Source: Elusimicrobiota bacterium (GTDB lineage Bacteria > Elusimicrobiota > Elusimicrobia > UBA1565 > JACRDR01). Taken from it: a stretch of DNA of 21,384 nt. Both the position numbers and the translations under genes were made by a program. The stretch lies in contig JBGFSC010000036.1 in assembly GCA_041694815.1 (NCBI GenBank), positions 1 to 21,384 on the forward strand, written 5' to 3'. Of this stretch, positions 8,161 through 15,800 are shown piece by piece (the first letter of the stretch is position 1; every line of letters starts with the position of its first letter). The notes beneath the pieces were generated by a model. It was given only the letters and a program-made list of their open reading frames with translations, ran no database searches and had not been told where the DNA came from.

Positions 8161-8904
8161 TTAATCGTTAAGCTTATACCCGACGTTGACGACGGTCTCG
8201 ATCTTGGTTCCGAGCGCCCCCAGCTTCCTTCGCAGGGATTCGATATGCTTGTCGATGGTGCGGGTGGTGATGGTGGAATCGCTGTTCCATACTTTCTCTA
8301 AAATAAGCCCGCGCGTCAGCACCCGATTGCGGTTTTTGACCATGAAAGCCAGGAGATTGAATTCCAGCGGGGTCAGGTGCAGCGGTTGGCCGTCTAGGAG
8401 ACTCACATGGGCTTCGGAATCGATGGTCAGGGGGCCGAGGGTGAGGTGGCTGGGCCCCGCGATGCCCTCCCTCCAGAACGCGCGGCGCAGCAGGGCCGCG
8501 ATGCGCGCCGCCAAGAACTCAGGCTGAACGGAGTAGGCGAGGTAATCGTCGGCGCCGGCCTTAAGCCCCTCCGTGACGTTCTTGCTGCTGCGGAACTTGC
8601 CCGACATCAGCACGACCAAAAGCGCGCGGGTATCGGGACGCTCCTTGAGCATCCTCAGGAATTGCCATCCCGCCATTCCCGGCAGCTCGATGTCGAGGAG
8701 CAAGAGATGCGGCACCAACTGCCCCAGGCTGTCGATGAACTTGCCGTGGCTCGAGAAGCAGTCGACGTCGTAGCCGTCTAGTCGCAGGAGATTGCCCAAA
8801 TGCTCGAGCACCTCGCGGTCGTCGTCGAGGATGGCGATGCGGTAGGGCGACTGGATTTTACCCGCCGTCCGTCCGGCCTCCAGCGTAGTCTTGAGCTTAG
8901 GCAT
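8161..8904 (-). CDS. OmpR/PhoB-family response regulator (REC plus winged helix)
   Basis: 'ILDDD', 'LLLDIELPGMAG'. Winged-helix motifs 'LTPLEFNLL', 'VLTRGLILEKVW', 'RTIDKHIESLRRKL', 'IETVVNVGYKL'. Confidence 0.92.
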   Translation of the reverse strand: MPKLKTTLEAGRTAGKIQSPYRIAILDDDREVLEHLGNLLRLDGYDVDCFSSHGKFIDSLGQLVPHLLLLDIELPGMAGWQFLRMLKERPDTRALLVVLMSGKFRSSKNVTEGLKAGADDYLAYSVQPEFLAARIAALLRRAFWREGIAGPSHLTLGPLTIDSEAHVSLLDGQPLHLTPLEFNLLAFMVKNRNRVLTRGLILEKVWNSDSTITTRTIDKHIESLRRKLGALGTKIETVVNVGYKLND

Positions 8905-9289
8905 TGGACGCCTGGCGGAACAGGGCCGTGACGCGCGCCAGTACCTCGGCCGAGTCGAAGGGCTTGAGGATATAGTCGTCGGCCCCCAGCTTGAGCCCCT
9001 TGACTACCTGCTGCATCTCCGACTGCACCGTGATCATGATAATGGGAAGGCGGCCGAATTGCCTGTCCGCCCGTATCCGTTGGCAGAGGGCGTAGCCGTC
9101 GGTATCCGGAAGATTTAAATCCAAGAGCAGCATGTCCGGCACGGATTCCGCGAGCGCCTTCATGCCGTCGGCGCCGTTTTCGGCGGTTCGGACCTGGTAT
9201 CCCTGCTCGCGAAGTAGGCCCGCGAGCAGTTCCCGATAGTCGCGTTCGTCATCGACCACCAGGAGATTTTTCGTCGTATTCTCGGACAT
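8897..9289 (-). CDS. Single-domain response regulator receiver
   Basis: 130 aa with 'LVVDDE', 'LLDLNLPDTDG', 'IMIT' and 'GADDYILKPF'. All canonical residues are present and there is no output domain. Confidence 0.92.
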   Translation of the reverse strand: MSENTTKNLLVVDDERDYRELLAGLLREQGYQVRTAENGADGMKALAESVPDMLLLDLNLPDTDGYALCQRIRADRQFGRLPIIMITVQSEMQQVVKGLKLGADDYILKPFDSAEVLARVTALFRQASNA

Positions 9290-9295
9290 CTCTCA

Positions 9296-9324
9296 AGTTT
9301 AACGGGCCGTCAAATTTCCGTCAA
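9296..9324 (-). promoter_or_regulatory. Sigma70-type promoter TTGACG-N17-TAAACT for the two regulator genes (leaderless)
   Basis: -35 at 9324-9319, 17-nt spacer, -10 at 9301-9296, then 6 nt to ATG 9289. Confidence 0.7.
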
Positions 9325-9326
9325 GG

Positions 9327-9363
9327 CCGATTATTTTGAGTCGTTGATACTTCTAATAATCGG
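9327..9363. other. 9-bp perfect inverted repeat downstream of the antitoxin gene
   Basis: CCGATTATT (9327-9335) and AATAATCGG (9355-9363) with a 19-nt spacer. It could be a terminator-like hairpin or a protein-binding site. Confidence 0.45.
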
Positions 9364-9376
9364 TATTATCATCCCG

Positions 9377-9637
9377 CTACCTATAGATCAGGGGGTACTG
9401 CTCCGGATTTTGAAGCGAGGCCAACTCTAAGTCCACATCGAGATCCGGCCAATAGAGATGCGTCCCGTGAAGCAAGGATACGTTATAAATTTCGGATAAC
9501 TTGCCGTTTTTAAACCACGGATACTCGCTAAAGGGCAAAAAATACTCTCTTTCGGTGATGAATATCCAGATGCCGTTCTTGGAAATGCCTTCGATTTCAA
9601 CGCCGGAAATGCCTTTGCCACGCGGCAACGATTTCAT
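9377..9637 (-). CDS. DUF2442-family putative antitoxin
   Basis: 86 aa, 'FLPFSEYPWFKNG...NV...HLYWPDLDVDL' as in DUF2442 proteins. It overlaps the 3' end of the DUF4160 gene. Confidence 0.85.
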   Translation of the reverse strand: MKSLPRGKGISGVEIEGISKNGIWIFITEREYFLPFSEYPWFKNGKLSEIYNVSLLHGTHLYWPDLDVDLELASLQNPEQYPLIYR

Positions 9638-9836
9638 TTTTGTGCTCCTCTATCACTTTTTGCAATTCCGTTAATTGCCTTGGCGTTAAGCCAATATGTT
9701 GGTTTAAAGAAACGATCGGCTCGAGCCAAAATTTTGCCTCTCCCTCAGGAGATAGAACATGAACATGAATGCGTTCCTCTTCACGTGAAAAGAAGAAGAA
9801 ACGATAATTTTTATAACGGAATATCGTTGGGCTCAA
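9597..9836 (-). CDS. DUF4160-family putative toxin
   Basis: 79 aa from TTG 9836: 'MSPTIFRYKNYRFFFFSREEERIHVHV...EAKFWLEP...IVAAWQRHF', the typical DUF4160 pattern. Confidence 0.87.
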   Translation of the reverse strand: MSPTIFRYKNYRFFFFSREEERIHVHVLSPEGEAKFWLEPIVSLNQHIGLTPRQLTELQKVIEEHKNEIVAAWQRHFRR

Positions 9837-9842
9837 CAGCCC

Positions 9843-9872
9843 ATTATACCTTAATGCATAGGTATTAAGGTA
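9843..9872 (-). promoter_or_regulatory. TA promoter -10 (TATAAT) overlapped by a 9-bp inverted repeat (candidate operator)
   Basis: Minus-strand TATAAT at 9848-9843 lies 6 nt before TTG 9836. TACCTTAAT-N8-ATTAAGGTA spans 9847-9872. Confidence 0.65.
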
Positions 9873-12800
9873 CGGCTGCCTGATTGCGCAGCTCGTTGAT
9901 GTGCACGGTGCGCACCGCCACGGTCGAAGTGACAATTCCCGGATCGGTCCAGGTCGGGGCGGTGGCGCTCGAGGCGACCACCGCGTCGTAGATCTTCGAG
10001 CGCAGTTCGTTGATGTGAACGGCCCGTACCGGCGTGGTGCTGGGGCTGATGCTCGGATCCGTCCAGCTGGGGGCCGAAAGCCCGCGGAAGGCCGCAATCC
10101 CCCCTGTCACGCTGCGCAGCTCCGTAACATGCGCTTCGCGTATCGTGCTGACCCAGGACGCAAGGCTCGGGTCGGTCCACGCCCAATCGCCCCTGAGCAG
10201 GATGCGCAGATTCGAGGACCAGTCGCTCCAGGAGCTTTCGTACGTCGCCGCTCGCAAATAGAGGGTGGTGGTGTTCGTCGCCAGATCCATCGTCGGCGTG
10301 AAATATACCGTGGTCCCGGCGGAGGCGGGCATTTCGGCCCAGCCGGAGCCGCTGGCGGAATATTGGAACGTGGTGCTGATGGCGACCTCGAAACCGGTGG
10401 ACGTCGAGACGCTGATCTTGGCATCCGTGCGGCTTCCTCCGTTGTTGGGCAACACGAACCATAGCTTCGGCCGCCGATTTAAAGTGAAACCGGCGTTATT
10501 GGACGGAGAGACCCAGGAAAGGAGCGCAGCTGCCGCTGTCAGGGTGCTCTTGGAGGCCTCGTAGGTGTTGCCGTAGGAGCCCAGGTTGGCGCGGTTGCCG
10601 TTGGGCGTCGGCTCGAGCGAATAGTCATCCGTGGCCGCCGCCTTATCAATCGTCTCCGAGGTCTGGGTGTCCGTGACCCAGCCGGCCGAAGGACTATAGC
10701 GCCCGGCCTCGGATTTAGGGTGGAAGTCTTCTACGCCTTGGCCCGTATTGTTCCAGAGAGGATGCGCGGAGATCGAGTTGGCGTCCTGGTTGGCGCAGCT
10801 CACGGCCCGCCAGCCTGACAGAAGTTGGCAGCTTTGGGTTCCCCATATTCCGGTATTAAAGCTATTGGAGCTAAAGAAGTCGTTATAGTTGGACATGAAG
10901 TTCGTCTGGCTGTTTGCCGAAATGCTAATGGTTGCAGAGGAGGAGCCGGCGCCCGTCACAGAGACTGAGCTAAAGAAAACGTTTCCCTTCAGTTGTGCTG
11001 CGGCGGAATTGTTTTCTAGCTTCAAGAGATAGGCGTTCGTCAACCCCGTGCCGGTGGAGTAAATGTCGTTAAACGTAAAAAGAGTGGTGGTCGTATTGCT
11101 GAGATTTGCTGCAAGAAAGCTCCCTGCCGTTTTGGCACCCGGGTTCGATATGCGATTATGGTGAATATGAAGTTTGCTCGCCCCATTTGTGTATATTCCA
11201 TAGACGGTCGAACCAGCGCCAGAGCTTCCGCGCAGATAGATATTGTTGTATTCCACCGTTGCTCCGGAAGGAAGGGCTCCAAGATAGACTCCGTAGCTGT
11301 TGGAGGTAAGAAGCGATGGCGATATCGTGTTCGAAGCAATGACCAAGGTCGTTCCGCTGTTTTGGGCATCGGCGATAATGCCATAGAGCGGACCCGGGCC
11401 TATAGTATTAGCGTAAATTCGTATATGCCCGCCGTTTGAAAGGTCCAATCGGATGGCGGAGTCGATATCGTTCGCTATAGAAAACACATTCGAGGAGATC
11501 GAAAGGTTGAAACTACCGCTATTAAATAATCGTACTCCTGCGCTGTTGCCAGCTCCGAAATAGTTGTTATTAATTATGGTTCCTATGGAAGCTATGACTT
11601 TAACTGCATCCCCGCCGCCGCTACCCTGCGTGAGATTTCCGGCAATCGTGTTTGTGCTGGACCCCGTGATATAAACACAGTCGCCGGGGATCCCTCCTCC
11701 TCCAGCGGTAATCGTGCTCTGGCTAATAAGGTTGTAGTGGCCTGAAGCAATATGGGCACCAGAACCGCTCGCGGGCGTTCCTGCTCCTCCCCCGGCAGAG
11801 CCGCCGGACATATTATTTTGAGTCGCCGTGCTTAAGCTTACAGAATCCAGGGCGAGGCCATGGCCTCCCAGTGCTCCCTCGCCGGTGCCGTAGCCCGCTC
11901 CTCCGTTGCCGCCGGTGGCGACATTGAGGCTGATCGTCATGGACGAGCTTTGGGAAAGATAAATGGCGGTAGCGCCATCCCCTCCGTTGCCGTCAACGCA
12001 GCATGGGGCGTCGCCGCCGTTGCCTCCGCTTATTAGGTTCTGCGTGATCGTGTTCGAGGACGAATTGAAAACGTAGATCCCCTGGCCTCCGAATGAAACT
12101 ACACCGCTGCCGTTGCCTCCTTCGATCCGGTTTTGGCGGATCGTATTGGAGTAGGCCGAATTGACACTGAGCGCCACGCCGCCAGGATCTCCGGTGCTCG
12201 CAGTAATTGTGCTGAAACTGAGCGTATTATTATTGGCCGCGTGTATATAAGCGGCCTCGGAGTTATTTCCCGCTCCGCCGGAAATGAGACAGGAAGTCAC
12301 CGTATTCGACGAGCCTCCGTAAAGATAGAGAGCTCGTCCTGATCCGCCGACCAAGGCAGCGGTACTATAAGAAATATTGCTTAGGGAACCATCCATGTAG
12401 AGAGCCATTTCACCATTTCCACCGAAGACGGAGACGCTGGAATAGGAAATAACGCTGAAGCTGGTGATAGAAACGCCGGCCGTATAGATGCGGCTGCTAG
12501 TGCCGCCAAGGACGCTTACACTCGATAGCGTCACGTTCGCCGAAGAGGCGCGAATGCCATAGGGGATGGAACTTGTCGGTATGATTCGAACCCCAAATAT
12601 GTTGACGCTCGAGTTGAGTACCCGGAATGCGGCCGTAGAGCCCGCCGGAGGGTCGATTACGGGATCAGGGTTTACCGATACATCCGACATGATGGTGAGG
12701 CTAGAGACCCCCGTCGCGAAGCCTTGAATGGTTACCTGTTCCGTGTAGGTGCGATTGTCCTTGATGAGCACGCAGGAATAGCCTCCGGACATGTCCGTGG

Positions 12801-15800
12801 GAATATCGGCCAGCGCGTCGTTGATCGTGGTCCGGTTACAGCCCGAAGCGCAGACCGTCTTGGTGACGGCGCAGGGCACCGCTTCCGCCAATGTTCTTGT
12901 GGAGGAAACAAAATTAAAATAGGGTCCCCGGTTGTTGCAGTTCTCCGCGGCGACTCTAAAGTAATATGTCGTCCCTTGCGCCAATCCCGTGACCGTGGCC
13001 GCATTTCCGCTGGCTGGAGCGTAGGCGTGAAACAACTCCCCGTTGAAGCTGGAATCGGTGGAGGCCTGCAGCCAATAATTCTGGACACCGCTCTCTCCGG
13101 AGCCGGTCCATTGGGCCGTCACGCTCGAGTAGAAGACACCGGTGAACTCCGGGCTGCCGGCCGAGGGAGCCGCCACCGGGGCCGCCGGTAGCGCTTGGAT
13201 GGCGGTAAACGTCGACGGCACCGCGCGCGACATGATCCAGAGATGGTGGTAGCCGCAGCCGAAGTCAGACGGGACGGTAAAGGTCAGCGTGGTTGAGGAC
13301 CAGGCGTTGGCGTAGACGTAGGTCGAAAGATTTTTGATGAAGCCGCCCGCCTCGCTCGGCCCCGGACCGCCGGAGTCAAAGGCCTTAAGATAAACCCTCG
13401 GCGCGCCCGCTCCTTGAGCCGAGTTGGCGTGATCCGATTGATGGGCGTCGGAGACAAAGGTAAAGCTCGTGCCGACGACCGTGATATTGGAGCCCGGAGC
13501 GACGGTAATGGGAGGCGCGGAACCGTTGAGCGTATTGATCTTGGGTTGGGCGGCCAGGGTGCTTCCCTGGAAATTATACTCGGTGTAAAATGCCTGCTCG
13601 GCGGAGGCAAGGGCCGCTCCCGCGGCTCCTCCCGCCAGCAGTAATTTCGCGCTCGGGGTAAGTGCCGCGATATGGTCGCGCCTGGCGGCGTTTAAGGCGT
13701 TTGCTGTCACCCAGGAGCCCAGCGCCGGGTCGAATATCTCGGTGGAGGACCAATTCGTGCTGCCGTTCCAGCCTCCGGCCACGTACACCTTGCCATCGGG
13801 AAGGAGCGTGGCGCTATGCGAGCGCCGGGCGCTCGCCATCGAGCCGGTGGAGGTCCAGATCCCGGTCCATGGGTTGTAGATCTCGGCGCTGGAAAGCCCC
13901 GAGCCACCGGCGACGAGCACGGCTCCGCTTGAGATAAGCGTCGCGCTGGGAGATTCCCGCGCCGCGTTCATCGCGTTGGCCGTCGACCAGCTATTGGCGT
14001 TCGGGTCGTAGAGCTCCGCCGTCGACAGGGCTCCGGAGCCGTTGACGCCGCCTCCCACCAGCACCTTTCCCGTGGGCAGCATCGCGGCGAAATGATTCTT
14101 GCGGGCGGAAGAAAGGCTTCCCGCCGAGGCCCAGCCGTTGGTGGCCGGATCGTAGAGCTCGGCGGTGGAGACATACGAGCTGCCGTCGTGACCGCCGACG
14201 ATTAGGACCTTGCCGTTGGCAAGCAGCGTCGCCGTATGGCTGCTTCGGGCCGCCGACATCGCGCCGGCGTTCGACCAGGTGCCGGCAGGGTCGTAGAGCT
14301 CGGCGGTCTTAAAATGCGTGGTCCCGTCGGAGCCTCCGGCGACGAGCACCTTGCCGTTGGCGAGCAGGGCTCCCGGCGCGTCCTTGCGGGCCGAGCTCAT
14401 CGAGCCGGTCGCGGCCCAGCTGCCGGCCGCCGGGTCGTAGAGCTCGGCCGTCGCCAGAACCGAGGCCCCCGCGCCACCGGCGACTAGAATCTTGCCGTTG
14501 CTTAAAAACGCCGTCGCCGGCGCCTGCCTTGCCGAGGACATCGAATTGGCGAGTGTCCAACTGCCCGCCGCCGGGTCGTAATACTCCATAGAGCTCTGGG
14601 CCGTGCTTCCGCCTCCGGGAACCATGACCTTTCCATTGGGCAATAGGATGGCCACCGTATCCTGCCGGCCCGTAAGCAAAGAGCCGGTCGCCGACCAGGA
14701 ATTGGCGATCGGGTCGTAGATATCCGCTGTGAGAAGATCTGTGGTACCACCGATGGCTATGACATTGCCGTTGGGCAAAAGCGCCGCCTGGTGACGGGTA
14801 CGAGCCGCAGCCATGTTGTTACCGGTACGAGTCCAGGTATTTTGAGCCACATCATAGATTTCCGCTGTCGACAGGCTGCTGCCTCCCGCCACAAGCACCC
14901 GGCCGTCGGTCAATAACGTCGCCGTGTGATCGGATCGCGAAGAAAGCATCGATTTGGCAGCCCCCCAGCTATGGGTCGAATAATACATCTGGCAGGTGGC
15001 GCCGCCTCCCGAACCGCCTCCCGTCATTAGCACGCGCCCGTCTCTAAGCAACGTCGCCGTGTGGATGGCCCTAGCACCGGTAAAGCTCAGGTTTGGGGCC
15101 CAATAATTATTGGAGACCGTATAGGTCGAGGAGGTAGCGAGATACGTCGCAAGGCCCGAGAGCCCTCCCGCGACCAATACTCCTCCGTCCGGCAGCAGGG
15201 TCGCCGAATGCGAGCGGCGAGCCACCGTCATCGATGTCGCAGTGCTCCAAAGCCCGGTGACCGGATTATAGATCTCGCAGGTGGCAATCGAACTGGTCGT
15301 GCCTCCGCCCATGACCAGGACGCGCCCGTCCTTGAGAAGGACCGAAGCGCCTCCATTGCGAGCCGAGGCAAGGCTGCCCGTCGTTCTCCAGGTGCCGTTC
15401 ATCGGGTCATAAATCTGAGTCATCAGCGTCGAGCCGGTGCCGCCGATAACGAGCACACGTCCATCGGCCATCAGCACGACATTGGAATCTCTCTGCGCGT
15501 TCACCATCGGCTTTCCCGTGCGCCAGGTCGGGTCGATCAGCAAGGGGTATTTGAGGCCGGAGTCGTTGAACGCCAATGTCAGCACCCACTGCCTGCCCTC
15601 ACCCCCGGCCTTTCCCAAATGATAGCTTCCCGGCACCTTTTTCCCGTCGCTATCGATGATCACGGGCGGCGTCAACTCGAGCACCGGGGAATCGTCCCCT
15701 TTTCCCAGCACCGCGAGCCGGCCTTCCCGCAACTGGAGGGAACGAATATTTTCATTGGCGGCGACACGATAGCGGAAGGCGCGATTCTCGGGCCTTCTTT

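Noticed and set aside
9837..10097. N-terminal extension of the 166-aa ORF
   Set aside because: It overlaps the giant gene. DUF4160-like sequence starts at TTG 9836, just after TATAAT.
13580..15520. CRISPR-like periodic repeats (recurring 'tcgtagagctc')
   Set aside because: The periodicity reflects Kelch coding repeats (ELYD). There are no identical repeats with unique spacers and no cas genes.
13200..15520. Galactose oxidase/glyoxal oxidase enzyme
   Set aside because: Kelch plus Ig resembles that fold, but I could not identify the copper-radical ligand set, and the doubled propeller in an adhesin-like protein suggests a binding role.
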